This document shows positions 34,141 through 63,685 of a DNA stretch of 64,000 nucleotides, in pieces. The notes under the pieces are model-generated. The model saw only the letters and a program-made list of their open reading frames with translations, was not told the DNA's origin and did no database searches. Within the stretch, counting starts at the first letter, position 1. Each line of letters begins with the position of its first letter. Location of the stretch: assembly GCA_965203295.1 (NCBI GenBank), contig CBDBCZ010000018.1, positions 608,001 through 672,000 on the forward strand. Reading direction: 5' to 3'. The translations under genes and the position numbers were made by a program. The DNA is from Nitrospirales bacterium (GTDB taxonomy: Bacteria > Nitrospirota > Nitrospiria > Nitrospirales > UBA8639).

Positions 34141-35069
34141 TCATTTTCAAATTTCTACTTGGCCACAAGTAGGAACTGCAGGAATTAATATCGGATATAT
34201 TCCCTCATTGCTTGACCAAACATTTAGTATTTAGGATGGCCGCTTTCATACACTCATTTAAGAGGCAATATCGGCTGTCTCGGAACGACGGCGGTCCCTC
34301 TCACCGTCTTCGAAGCCTCTCTTTTCTCGCTGTATTCGTACATTGTTGCGATCTCTCCTCTCTGTCCTGAAGCACTTTTGGAACTGACGAAGTATCCATG
34401 CTGACAGTTGTATCAAAAGCGCTAGCTTACACATGTATTAGAAGTTCAAAACTTCGAAGAAATTCCAAAACTGAAGTATTCACGTGGTCAAGTCAATAGC
34501 GTCGCCTAGGATACGCATTTCGCTAAATTAGACTATATGCTCACTTACATTCGGTAAGACGTACGTACCAAACGGACAGACGGACAGCAATCGTACAGCC
34601 AAGTCGCTAAATTTGGGGCTCGCCCCAACAATAATTTTTAAAATGGAAATGCCGTGTATAGCTCATTTTTATTTCTTCACTCTTATTGGGCTACTTCCTG
34701 TGTGATGAATTCCTAAACAGCCTAGTTTTTTTTTCACTAATATAGTTCAATATTGTTTTTATATTACACATTACTAAAAAGTATTGGATAAATAAAGTAC
34801 AATGTCATACTTTTTATATTATATGGGCATGTACTCCTTGACTGGGAACAAGTATATCACTGCACTTATGGTTTTATACTACATAGTGACAATTGCGTTA
34901 TATTTGTTCACAAAATTAATAATCATTGATGGAGTAAGATTGTTGTTATAGTTGATAATGTATCAATTTATTGCTGTTTAGTTTGATTTCTTACTACAAT
35001 ATGTTGTGTATAGCTCATGTGCATTACTTTGCAGTCATGTAGTTGACACTGTATCATGCATTCCATCGC

Positions 35070-35515
35070 TGTTTTTTACCAGCCGGAGCGCGCGCAGCGC
35101 GCGAACGGCTGGTACTAAGATTGCTTTACGTTTTCCGCGTCTGTTTGTTTGTCTGCGCGTCCGCACATATCACGTGCGCAATATATTACGTCATACGTTA
35201 CTATGCAACTGCAGGGTATAGCAGCGTTTTGAGGTTTGCAGGCCAAGCTACAGCAAATGAGGGTAGTTTTGTGTTGCCTAGATGGCGAAAATGTGGTAGG
35301 TAGCCGCAAAGATCCTGGTTTCTTGGCATATAGCTACTAACTGGAGGCGCATGACGAAACTGCTGAGTCAGCACTTTCGCTGTACCGCTTTAGGAATGAC
35401 ATTGTAGTATCTCTGGCTCTACAGTTGTAGTTTAGTAGCTTGACCTAAGCTGAGTTGTGTGTATTGTACGGGAAAGGCGTCCGGCTGGTTTTTTAGACAT
35501 GTAATGTCAGACTTG
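35070..35515 (+). mobile_element. Helentron/DINE-like repeat; inverted relative at ~39131-39565
   Basis: gtctgtttgtttgtctg microsatellite core; gtattgtacgggaaagg..ttttttagacatg matches the reverse complement of 39131-39185. Confidence 0.6.
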
Positions 35516-35637
35516 TTTGATTACCTACTACAATATGATGCGTGTATAGCTCATTGTCATTACTTTATTCTAATTATGCTACTTCCTGTGTGCATAATTA
35601 TTAGTCACACTCTAATTGACTACAGTATATACATCAT

Positions 35638-36180
35638 GTATATTAAATCCAGAAAGTACTCCCACTGGTACTCACTTCGCAGGTAAAACACAATGAACAG
35701 GCAACTTTGATCGCGCCGTAAGTGGATCAAAATACAGTTCATGCAAGTTTTTCTGAGCTCCTCAGGTCCATCTGCAGTGAACTGCAAGCTACAGAGTGGC
35801 AGTAAAGATGTGGGCACTATCTTAGTGGGCAGCGGGACACAACATAACTACGGGGGTTTAATGAGTTGGTATTATTATACACACTCATGTATATGAACAG
35901 AAACGAGGGCTGTTGAGAGTTGAAATGAGAATTGAGCTATACAAAAAAATAAACCACTGTGTTCTCCATCGAATCATCTGACTTCAGGGGAGGTTGGAAA
36001 GTCCTCAATGACGAACTCCTCCTCCACTTTATAGGAAGGGTACTTCCCCTTACGTGCAGTTTTCCTGTGCATACCAACACTGGTGCCGTCTTTTTCGTTG
36101 CCTGCAATGCCCAGCAGATCCCCCACTTCAAAGCTCAGCTCGCCGCGCTCAGTACCCTCATGACTTTCAATGGCTCTCAC
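35638..36180 (-). pseudogene. Tandem duplicate of the FUT8 last exon (SH3 domain) and 3' UTR, lacking the normal acceptor
   Basis: Matches 36352-36894 (period ~714 bp) and encodes VRAIESHEG..FPTSPEVR*. Confidence 0.8.
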
Positions 36181-36687
36181 ATTGTCAATAATTTCAAAGT
36201 TGCAATGTTGGCATACATACAAATAATCTCCACAACTTGATTTTGTGGTGTATGTATGTTTATACCATGCAGGTCCTACACATTTTCTCCCGAAAATGTG
36301 CTCATGGGTGCTGAACTTCAGTGGCTCCAAATAAGAGAGCATACATGATTGGTATATTAAATCCAGAAAGTATACCCACTGGTACTCACTTCGCAGGTAA
36401 AACACAATGAGCAGGCAACTTTGATCGCGCCGTAAGTGGATCGCAATACAGTTCATGCAAGTTATTCTGAGCTCCTCAGGTCCATCTGCAGTGCACTGCA
36501 AGCTACAGAGTGGCAGTAAAGATGTGGGAACTATCTTAGTGGGCAGGGGAACACAACATAATCACGGGGGTTTAATGAGTTGGTATTATTATACACACTC
36601 ATGTATATGAACAGAAACGAGGGCTGTTGAGAGTTGAAATGAGAATTGAGCTATACAAAAAAATAAACTGCTGTGTTCTCCATCGAA

Positions 36688-52948
<16,261 letters not shown>

Positions 52949-52989
52949 ATTAAATTTTGCGAGAAGTATTATGACAAGCGTGCAAGGGG

Positions 52990-53080
52990 TTATTAACAAA
53001 TTAAGCGGGCAGAGGGTGTGGCTTTTGGAACGGTTGTCACGTGCAACTACTGGGCGTGGCCGCGGACGAAAATTCCATGC
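52990..53080 (-). promoter_or_regulatory. Probable FUT8 proximal promoter (GC/GT boxes, E-box)
   Basis: gggtgtggc, gtcacgtg and gggcgtggc lie 60-115 bp upstream of ATG 52948 in CpG-rich sequence. Confidence 0.4.
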
Positions 53081-53849
53081 TTTGCGTGCGTATGATCGTG
53101 ATTGCGTAGATAATATATAGCTCTAAGGTAAATCATCAGAACGTTTGTGTCAGGACGGCTAACTTGAACTTAATTAAGCTGACTTTACCCACTATATAGT
53201 TATAGCTACTCTCAGTTGTGGTAGCTACGTTTCCACTCCTACAATCTAGCTGCAGTGTTTTTGAAAACTCTTTGTCACAAGACAGATTCTGACCACCAAT
53301 CTTTCTAGATCACCAATCTTTTTAGATCACCATTGATCACGTCATGACCCCTAGGCATTATGTTGCAGGCACAGATGACCCACTGGAAAGAACAACATCA
53401 TTGATGTATGACTTGCTCTATATGCATTATTCAGTCTGTTCACCACTGCAGATATCCCTTTCTTTCTCAATATTTTATACAGTAGCTGTTTGTGTGTGTA
53501 TACTGTCATGTGTGTGTGCAAGTGTGTGTGTGTGTATGAGGAGGGGAGGGAACTAAATGAAACTTGTAAATATTCAGTGCCCGATAAGTAGCACCTTCAC
53601 TATAGCTACTTGGGTAACAGTTACAGCATGAAGGAGAAACTTCTTGAAATGCAATTAGCATCACCGCATACGGAAAATTAAGTTTGAGTGTGGCTTTCCA
53701 GGAGTGAAAATATAGCTAGCAGGAATTTGCCATATTATTATTAACTCTGTGTATATGTACTTGGTTCATGTTACGTAAAACAGTATGAATGAAATTAATT
53801 ATGCATGGGAGGTACAATGTGAACATGAATCTGCATGAAGGTATATATA

Positions 53850-54991
53850 TGTAAATGTTGAGAAATTCTCCCAGGCCGAGACGCAGAAGGATATCCTCTC
53901 TGCAGGTGGTCTCTGAAACTGTCTCTGCTGCATGTGGGTACATTTCTGACCCATGCAGCCATAGGAGTGTTTGCTGTGCTGTGTGCTGGACAGCAGTGAC
54001 AGGAATGGTTGCTGGTGTGCTGTGATTATAATTATTGCAAAGTATGTCAGCATTTTCAGCATTTGTACAGTAGCCAGCTCCCATCCTCCACTCTCCAGGG
54101 CCCACGTCGGAGGTGAAGACAGAGTCCGTGCTGTTGCGACCAGGTCTACCACGATTGGCAAAGTCTAAACTACCGAACCCAAGGTCGATGTAATCACTGG
54201 TGGAGTAGCCACTGGCAGTTTTATCAGCAGCTCTGCTACCATGCACCTGTGCTGTGTGAGCTACCTGGTGTCGATCCAGGATGCCGACCGGATTAGAGTC
54301 AGTGGCTCCAGAATGAGGGTGGCCATGCTGCTCCAGCTGTTCGCCATTTGGCTGCTCAGGTGACACCAGCTGTGCCACATGTAGGTCTTCTACTAGAGTC
54401 TCTTCGCCTGTTACGATGTGAATTGTGGAGCATAAACCAATCGAATTACTGATGGAGCCCTCTCTGGAGTGGGTGTGGCAAACGCATGACTTACAGACAT
54501 AAAACCGTGCCTGCTTTCAACAATCGCTGCTTCTTCTCTGCTAAAGAACTCTATAGCTGGGCTATGCCTGCTGTTTCCAAGAGAGATGACGTGTGGTGTG
54601 GAACTCAACTCCTTATGGGAACTATAATCGTGTGCACGAACAGTAGGAATTGGTATGGGGAGCTCACTGTAGGGAGGAAGATAGCACCATCGCCATGGAT
54701 ACTGGGGGAGGAGTGTCTCCTGGAATCCAGTCTTGAGAATCCAGCTGGAATGCGATAGTCGTTCTCTGATGTAGCATCCCCGTTTCCATTTGGAGCTCCA
54801 CAGTCTTCACCCTCTTTCTGAGGTGCCCACACAATAACGGGCTCGTCTCACCGGTGAGGGGATTTGGGAACAGGCGTGCAGCGTGGATCGACGACCCTCG
54901 GGTGTGTGATGATGTCATCGAAGGAGTGTGACTGTGGGGACACGGGTAAGGGCGGGATCATTCCAATTCCAGTAGTTCTTGGCAGTGTGTG
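53850..54991 (-). pseudogene. Possible disrupted long exon encoding a disordered Ser/Pro/Gly-rich region with Tyr motifs
   Basis: GC-rich coding-like stretch after ttttgcag at 54992. Staggered ORFs in shifting frames (ENDYRIP, SDYIDLGF); no domain recognised. Confidence 0.3.
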
Positions 54992-57961
54992 CTGCAAAAG
55001 GGAAAGCAACATTCTAAACTTGCTGATTCTTCCAAGTTACAGTCTGCATATGTTCCATCATCAGTTTACTGATGCATACACCGTACAGAACTCATCATAG
55101 CTGTACGTATTACGTATCCCAAAGCGCTACTGGTGACCTCTCGTAATTAAAGTCTTTTCATTTTTGGCGGCTGCGGATGCTATGCATGGTAACAGCAAGT
55201 CCTCTATTCTACATGTAGGTGAATTGCGCAGTCTCCACTGACACCTTTTTTTCAAGACTAATGCGCAATAGAATTGGCAGAGGAATTGGGATATGAGGCT
55301 GTGCATACTGGCATTTCTGGTTTTTGATGAGGCCAGATAGCTAAATGCTAGACTTAGTTTGGATTCCGGGATTGTGAGAATTTTTGGTCTTGTAGCTATA
55401 CACCTGAACAGCCATCCAGAACGCTAATTTAACCTAGCTACACTTATCTCAGTAGACCTATTTCTGTTTTCTGGCTGTAGCTACCTGAAGGATCATGATG
55501 TCACCAAACTAGCTGGTCGGTTGACCAAGGAGGACAGTGTACATTGCTGTTCTGTTTGGGGATGAGGCCATGCTAATACTGCTTGACTATAATTTATACA
55601 TGTATAAAAACGTTAATATCTTGCAATGTCTTATTCCGCATTTCTTATGGTACTCATAAAATACCAGTAACCTAGTGTATACCTTGTTGCCTGCGTGTGC
55701 TGTGACAAGGAAGCCCATGAAAGATGTGTCACTAGACATGTGTTCCTCTCCATCGCGGAGCTGGAGCTGATGAAGTCATGCTCTAGCTCCATTATCTGCA
55801 AACTGTCCGGCACTCTGCCAAAGTAGCTAGCTCAGTGCAACGATTTTGTTTTGCTTCTTCCCTTCATTTCGTTGAGTTCTTTTATTTATTTTTAAAGCCT
55901 TGTACAGTACATGTACATGAATACAAGTTAAATTTTGGGCCCCCCATGGATTTGAGTCCCCCCCCGCGTCCCCATTTCCACGGGATATTGGGGCCCCCGT
56001 CATAAATCTGGGGCCCCCTTCCGGTTTTGAGTAATGGCGGCGGCGGCTGTGTGCAATGGCTCGTTTGACTCAGCCAGTGATTGAGTGGGCCGCATGAAAC
56101 CCAACGTATACCTGTCGTATTCGGTGAAAAGATAGAGTCCTGATCCTTCAGACTATATCGTATAAGAAACGAGGTGAATTGAACTACAGCCGTGTTTGTT
56201 TGATTATGTATAAGAGGCGGGGCTATTCCAACGGGGTTATTCCGACAGTTAGCGCTTATATCTTCAGCGCACTGTGGAGTTAGGCGATAATTTATTGATT
56301 CAGTATAGGCCAATAGGACAGCTACATGCATGGCGGCTATCAGCTTCGTAACTTTTACGTACGAAACTGGATCTATACACTCCAGTGTATTAAGTGTCGG
56401 AATAGCATTAGCCCCGCTGAACCTACTATATAATGCAAGGCCCGGTGTTCCTGGGCGAGCATGAGCGAGAAGTGCAATGACTGGGACTCAGTATAGATGT
56501 GCAGCGATAGACTGAGATAAATTTAGCTATATGTGAATAGATGAAGCAGCAAGTTAAGAGGGTACAGTTTATATGAATACTCCAGTGTGCATTCCTGTAT
56601 CTGTTCTCAGTCACGTACGTAGCAGAGCGGGAGCATTGGAGTTAGTGGTAGCGAGCAAGCACTGCAACATACAAATTATTGGACTGGGCCAGTGAACTTG
56701 ATTATGACAAGCTAGTGACAATAGAGGCAGTATATTATATCCTGGGGCAGAATGTTGACATGCAATACCAATGTCCAAACTGCCCATGTGTAATTCACAA
56801 TCTTCTCTAGCAAACTATGCTAGTGTTCTAGCAAACCTTTCTCCCGGTTGTTCTACTGACTCGGAAGCATGTAGCTAGTATAGTCCCTCTCCTTCGCTAG
56901 TCTGCCTGTTGGCCTCGTACATACTTGTGTGGTCTGGGGGTGAGTTAACAGTATAATATGTACGCGTGTGGTTAAAGAAATTTTATAGCAAGGCTACAAA
57001 TATAGCACATGATGCATAGTTTTGGCACGACATATGTATAATACGTGCAGACATAAATGGAGAGCTAACTCGCTATAGTGTAGGGCTTGCTCAAGCTCAC
57101 CCCAGGAGTTTTGCTTCATCATGGCATTTTTAAAATCAACTTAGTGACCAAATAATTCCCCTATCGATTAATAATTTGTGATAAGTTGTAGGTTTGTGCT
57201 TAATTAAGACCAAATAAAGGAGTGTAACTGTGCCCTTGTGTATACTCACATTTCCAGGTGTTCTCAACCTTTATCTCGTAGGCTAGAACCATAGACCACC
57301 CCTGAGCCCTGCACTGCAAAAATGAAAGGATGGTTTCAAACCAGCTGGGGTTATCTCAGTTGCAGTCTACAAAACAATGTGTATGTAAACAAGTAGATCA
57401 CTTTACCACCAATTTCAGAAGAAAGGAAAGAGCCATTAGGAAAATTAGTAGCACATATCTTGTTCCTGGTCTCACCAAAGAAAAAAAGATTTAGCTTGGC
57501 TTCCTGAGTAAAGTGATCTTATTGCACTGCACGTAACTGCACATTCTCTGGTACTGGGGCTGCAACTGAGGTAACCTTATGTGGGTGTAAACAAACCACT
57601 TTATTTTTGCATGCATGGCTGTTTGCCTATCAGGTAATTCACCACATCATGTTACACTGATGTCACATTTAATTGGCCTTGTATTCGTTGACATTCATAA
57701 CACAGACAGTCCTCCAACCTAGTATAATCATAGCCCATGCAGAATGTTGCCTTGCTATCAGAGTATATTCACAAACATCTGATAAGGTAGTACATCAAGA
57801 GAGGTAGTTAATATTCATAGATTCCCTAAAGTGTGAATACTGACTGTTGTTCCATCTCCTTCTGAATCTATCCCAGCTAGCCACAGCCAATAAACAGCAA
57901 AAGAGTTTGCACGTATATTATGATGTAATCTTTTTAATTACATCAATATCTCTTATGAAGG

Positions 57962-60900
57962 ATGGCAGGCTTTCAACGCCGAAGATACCCCTTTGAACTT
58001 CGAGGAGTCGAGGCTACAGGGAAGGAAATTGGTCGAGGGGCGTATGCTTTGGTGGAGGAGTTTTACTATCGCGGTTTATCTTGTGTAGGAAAATCCATTC
58101 ACCAGGAACTTGAGCCAGGACAACAAGGCAACATACTGGAGCGATTTGATGCGGAGTGTGAAATCCTTAGCAAGCTACGTCACCCCAATATCGTACAGTT
58201 CCTTGGGGTTCACTGGAAGAATGATACTCAACTCCCCGTGCTAATTATGGAGCGTATGCACTGCACTCTGGCTAGCTGCATTGATGACCACGGCATACTT
58301 CCAGAGGAGTCCAACTACTCCATTCTCCACAATGTTGCTCTTGGACTGAACTACCTCCATCACTACTTCCCCAGCCCTATTGTACATCGTGACCTCACTG
58401 CCAATAATGTCTTGTTAACGCCCGAACTGAGTGCCAAAATATCAGACCTGGGTGTTGCGAAAATTCTGAATCAGCCAATGTCCAAAATGACCAAGTGTCC
58501 AGGGACACCGCCATACATGCCACCGGAAGTTTTTTTAGATGATCCAAATTATTCCACTAAAGTTGACAGCTTCTCCTATGGCGTTTTGATGCTACATATG
58601 TTCTGTGGAAGGTGGCCATTTCCCAAAGATATCCGTGCTGTAGATCCACATGATCGGACAAAATTCATCTGTCGTAACGAGATTGAGCGACGTCAACAAT
58701 ATCTCAGTGATATTCCAGCCACACACCCCCTCCTGCCATTGATGCGAAGGTGCCTCAGTGATCACCCCGATGGTCGACCTGATATATTTATAATTCTCAC
58801 CACTGTCCAGAATTTGTTGAGCCATTTTCCTCCTGCATTTCAAGACAGACTTGAAGCTTTTGCACGAATCAAAGCTGATACCAATGAGAAGGCTGTTCTA
58901 AATGAGCGAGTTTCGAGCCTTTTAACAGAAGTTAAACAAGCACAAGACCGAAATGAGCGACTTGTTGCAGAAGTTGACAGACTTAGTGATCAGCTTGGAA
59001 GAAAAACTGTTCTTCTTAGAGCTAATGATTCTACCATTGCTGAACTTAGTCGCCAACTTGCATTCAAAAACAGTTTTCTAAAAGAGAAGGAATCTATGAT
59101 TGATATCTGCAACAAACAACTTCAGCAAAATGCCCACACCATTGATAGTCTCAGACGTCAACTCGCTAGCTTCACACGTGAGGTTGCTGACCTGTCCAAA
59201 AGAGTGCAGGAACTCTCTGATGAAAACACTGCCTTGGAAACAGCAGAAAGAGAGAAGTTTCAGTTGCAGATTTCGAAGGTACGTAATGCAATAGTGCTTT
59301 TTGTTTCTTAGATTTTCACAAGAGGGTGAATACTTAATTCAAAACTGCTAGCAATAGCCCTCCATGTGGTTCAGTGAAAGGAAGGGGTTACCTGTTCTTG
59401 TATCCTGTTTGTTAGCGTGTGCATGAAACTTAAGGCGCATGTGTGCACTCCAGTATGTACTTTGACCTGTGACCCGTTTAAAGGTGAGCGAATGTAAATT
59501 CTGCAGTATTGTGAGCATACTAATCCTTTCACAGGACCTGTATACTGCATCCAAGGAAGGCCATAGCCAAGTTGTCCAGTATTTACTCAACAAAGGAGCT
59601 AATCCCAACTTTCAAGAAGAGGTAAGATGTGAAAGTGTGTTCTGTAATTCATAATCACAAGGATCACAAGCTCCCTACAGTGTTCAATCATTATTGTATA
59701 GTCTCTATTAATAATCAGAACGTCCCTTTGAATAAAGAATACTGCCCACACCACCTACATATAATTAGTGTTTGCCAGAAGCATTAAGTATGCATTGCGC
59801 TAATGGAAGTATTTGGTAAATCATACCGCAACATTTGCCACGATTACAAATGACTAGATGTGCAGAACTTGCCTATAGCCAGTATAGCTAGCTAAGTCTG
59901 TGTATTGCTTCTAGAGACCCCTGCAGAGATGGTAAACAACATTACAGCATTTGTCAATGACTTTCTGTTATGCTTTGCAGCTGTGATGTTATTTAAGATG
60001 TGGCCGTCAGAAGCAGGGCGGCAGGGGCGGCCTGAGCCGCCCCACTTTTTATGCCAATTTTTTTTCGTATGCGCTTGAACTTTCGCGTACCACAGCCCCA
60101 CTCGCGCGCAGCTTACGAGTGGGGCGTAGCCCGCGACACTATGAGCTGGCTGTATGCTTTATCTCAGCCTGTATGGAGTTTTCTTTACGTAATGTTAGTG
60201 CATGACCTTCAATGTAGCGAGATGCAGCGAGAGCAGATTCTTTACCGCCGAAAAATAAGTCTCAAATTTTTTTTCCGCGCTTCACGCGCCACTCTCAGCC
60301 GCTGCACAGCCTCTGACGTCACGCCCGATGGCCGCTCCACCTCTCGAGAGCCTGCTTTGTAATCACGAGCTGTCAATATTTCTACCTGTCCCTTAAGGAG
60401 CCTGGCTGCTTTGTAATTTTGTGTCAGCTATATTAAGTTATATCTGCAATGCACATCTTAAATAACATCACAGCTGTAATTAGAGTAATAATATGAGTTT
60501 CAGCTGGTTTGTTGGATTCTTTTCCAATAGAATGGGTCCACTCCACTGTCTATAGCCGCTGAAAGAGGCTACCCTGAAATTGTTGAGATGCTTCTTACAG
60601 CTGGTGCCAGCACAAAATGTGTATCAAAGGTATGTAAGCTACTACAGTAGCTGCTGAAGTATTAGTATAGACCAGCTACAAATCATTCATAAAGGTGTTA
60701 TGTTCTTTTGATGGACATTTACCTCTATGCAATAGTGCGCATGTTTTGACTGGTGCTGAGATTGACATGGATGCCTATATACGTACTTGTTCACCATGCA
60801 CAGAATGGTGAGACAGCTCTGTACTATGCCTGTTGGAAAGGCCACAGCCAAATTGTGGCGTTACTTGCCCAAGCAAGAGCTGATGTGAATCAGCAGAACA

Positions 60901-63685
60901 AGGTCAGGGAGGTTGATGTGGTGCACATAGAAAGAAGCACACCTTGTACATACAAAAGAAGCCCAGGTGTCTGTTCCTAATCTGTTAAATATACAGCATC
61001 CTCGACATAGTCTCGTGGGCCAGCCCACTTCCGCTTAGAGGGAAGGTGGTCTGGGGAATTGCCATACTGGCATACGTCCTACCGCTGTCTGGAGTGCGAT
61101 CCAATCACAGTGCAGTATTCAGTCACATGATATATGAAGTATGCAATTAACGAGAAGATTACGCGATGGCCGTATTACTATGTAGGCAGAAGTCACTTAT
61201 TCGATAGCGATATTAAGCGACGAAGAGATCTATTGACAGAAACATTTGTTGAGCAAGAGCAGAGCAAACAGACTTTACCGAGTGAAGCGTCATAAGTTGG
61301 AGTGTAGCAGAGATCGAAAGAGTGGCTGCAGCGGCTGCTAAGAGCAAAAGCTTGTTTATCAGCCTCCCTTCCTAGTCCTTTCAGCTTTGCGTCGAAGATC
61401 TTCCCCCACATTGGTAAAGAAGCGTCACTGCACAGAGCTTTTCTGTCTCCCTGCGAGGTCTTGCAGCCACAGCCAAGCAGAAAACTTCTGATTCCATGCG
61501 CCGCTTGCACTGCCGTACTAAGTACCACAGATAATATAGCTCCGTAACAAAGCTCTACGGTAGTACAGCAATAGACGATAGCCACTCATAAACTCACACG
61601 CGGTAATTATCCCACGCTAACATGTAACTGTTGCGCAACTAATTAAATTCTGGAGCGACGTATGCCAGTATGGCAGCTCCCCAGACCACCTTCCCTCTAA
61701 GCGGAAGTGGGCTGGCCCGCGAGACTATCCTCGACATTGCATGCCAGAGGGCACACTCAATCACCACACATTTGTTGTCATGAAAAAATGACAAAATAAT
61801 ATGTACTGACTCCCAACAACTACTACCGCTGTTTCATTTACAGAGTGGATCCACACCCATTTTTGTTGCTTCCCAGAATGGCCACACTCACATTGTGGAG
61901 ACACTGCTCAACAACGGAGCCAATCCCAACATCCAAAAGGAGGTGAAAATTAGCATTCTGCAGTCTGCAGTATAGTATAACCCCATGGCAATGTATATTT
62001 TGTAGAAAAGGATTTTTGAGGGTGCTATATAATTTTCAAGAACTTGTCGCGTTTTTTGCGTGCCTAGGTGGTCATAAGGTTGCTTTTTGTTCTCATGTCT
62101 GTCTGTTTGTGATTTTTTGTGTTGCCGAGATGGGAAAGAAATTAAATAATGACATTCTCTTTTGTTCTTGCGATGTGCTAGCTGGAGTATTGCATAATAA
62201 AATTGTCAATTGTGTAAAAGCCTGTTTGACATGTCATCATTGACTGCTAACTCACTGCCATACTTTATCTTGTACGTAAATCTTTTCCCCCTATCAGAAT
62301 GGTGCCACTCCTCTGGTTGTAGCTGCGGAGAAAGGCCACACTGAAGTTGCTGAAAAGCTTCTCAAAGCTGGTGCTAATGCAAAACTTCAGTTACAGGTAC
62401 CATGCAGAATTTATTTAAGACCTCTGTGTTTTTGGGGGGGGGGGGATTTTTTTGCTGTTGTTTTTCTGCTTACTAGGTTCGTAACTTTAGTATTTACCCT
62501 AATGCATTTGCATGATTTTTACAATGAAGTATTTGTGCAATATAATCATTTCTGTTTGGGGGTCTGTGATATTATATAATCTGACAGGCGTAACTTGGTA
62601 ACCATACCCTATCGGTAACAGTACATTGGTAGTATAATCACAGAAACACTTTCTTTAGGGTGGAGAGACTGCACTATTTTATGCCTCGTGGAAAGGTCAT
62701 GACCAAATTGTGCAGTTGCTTCTGGAAGCTCATTCTGATGTGAACAAGCAAACTAAGGTGGAGTCAGTAGAACCATTTCAAGTTAATGTAAAGTGTATAA
62801 TACAGCTATATGTAATAAGCTACCTTTGTTTCGATCACCTATACGCATTTGCATGCATCAAGAAATAAGAAATAGATAGTAGAACTTCAATAATTTGGAA
62901 ATCTTAGTTTAGATTAAGTTTTTGCCAAATTTTTTTGTAATGTAATCGTAAAAGTTCACGTATAGCATCGATATAGCTATATTACATGCTGTGTAACAAG
63001 ACTTTTCTAACATAGTTTTGATGGCTGCATCTTCTAATATGGCTATGGTACTAGTACTGGGGAGACAGGAATTTGCTTCAACAAGGCACATGTCTACAAG
63101 CAGATCAATAGTGCTCATGTATTGGTGGAGACCATTTTGTCAGAGAGAGTTTGTGACGCTACTCAGCGTGAGCACAGTTTAGCACTTTAGTCGTGATGAG
63201 ACACTCGTGAAGCTTGTGAATCTTCCCTTAGAATGGGTCAACTGCACTCTCTATTGCTGCTGAGAAAGGCCACACCAAGGTCGTTGAGCTTGTTCTCAAA
63301 GCTGGTGCGAACACAAAACTTCAATACAAGGTAGGAGTTCATAAGAATGAGCCCATAAGTTGCAATGTTCTACCGGAGACATTTATCTCTTCTTAGGGTG
63401 GAGAGACGGCACTGCACTATGCATCTTCAATTGGACATAAACAAATCGCCCAGTTGCTGATTGAGGCTGATGCTACATGTGTGAACCAGCAGAAAATGGT
63501 AGGTTTTACTGCTATTTCTGTTCTTTCTGTTCTTTCAAATACCTTTGATCCTATGCATGGACAATTCTGGCCTTGCCATTGTACAGGATGGTGTTACTCC
63601 GCTGCTTGTTGCCTCGGCTAAAGGCAACCAGCAGGTGGTGGAAGTTTTAGTTCATAAAGGTGCTGAGATCAATCTTCAGGACAAG
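57962..63685 (+). CDS. TKL-type Ser/Thr kinase with coiled coil and at least 9 ankyrin repeats (3' end beyond the window)
   Basis: Exon 57962-59278 has GRGAYA, VGK, HRDLTANN, DLG and PGTPPYMPPE, then a coiled coil. Phase-0 ankyrin exons follow at 59535-59621, 60531-60629, 60804-60902, 61844-61942, 62298-62396, 62659-62757, 63232-63330, 63397-63498 and 63587-63685. Confidence 0.92.
61008..61727. mobile_element. 720-bp MITE with ~70-bp TIRs (TAG..CTA) and a 9-bp TSD
   Basis: tcctcgaca|tagtctcgtgggccagcccacttccgcttagagggaagg ... ccttccctctaagcggaagtgggctggcccgcgagacta|tcctcgaca. Confidence 0.92.

Larger units (their letters stand above)
29478..34258. mobile_element. 4,781-bp two-gene DNA transposon with an IS3/integrase-type DDE transposase (IS3EU-like)
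   Basis: TSD TAAGAG at 29472-29477 and 34259-34264. TIRs aatgagtgtatgaaagcggccatcc.. are near-identical for >300 bp, and there are two convergent genes inside. Confidence 0.92.

Noticed and set aside
35974..36501. 175-aa ORF as an independent SH3 gene
   Set aside because: It reads through the FUT8 3' UTR into the duplicated last exon; the N-terminal part is non-coding-derived.
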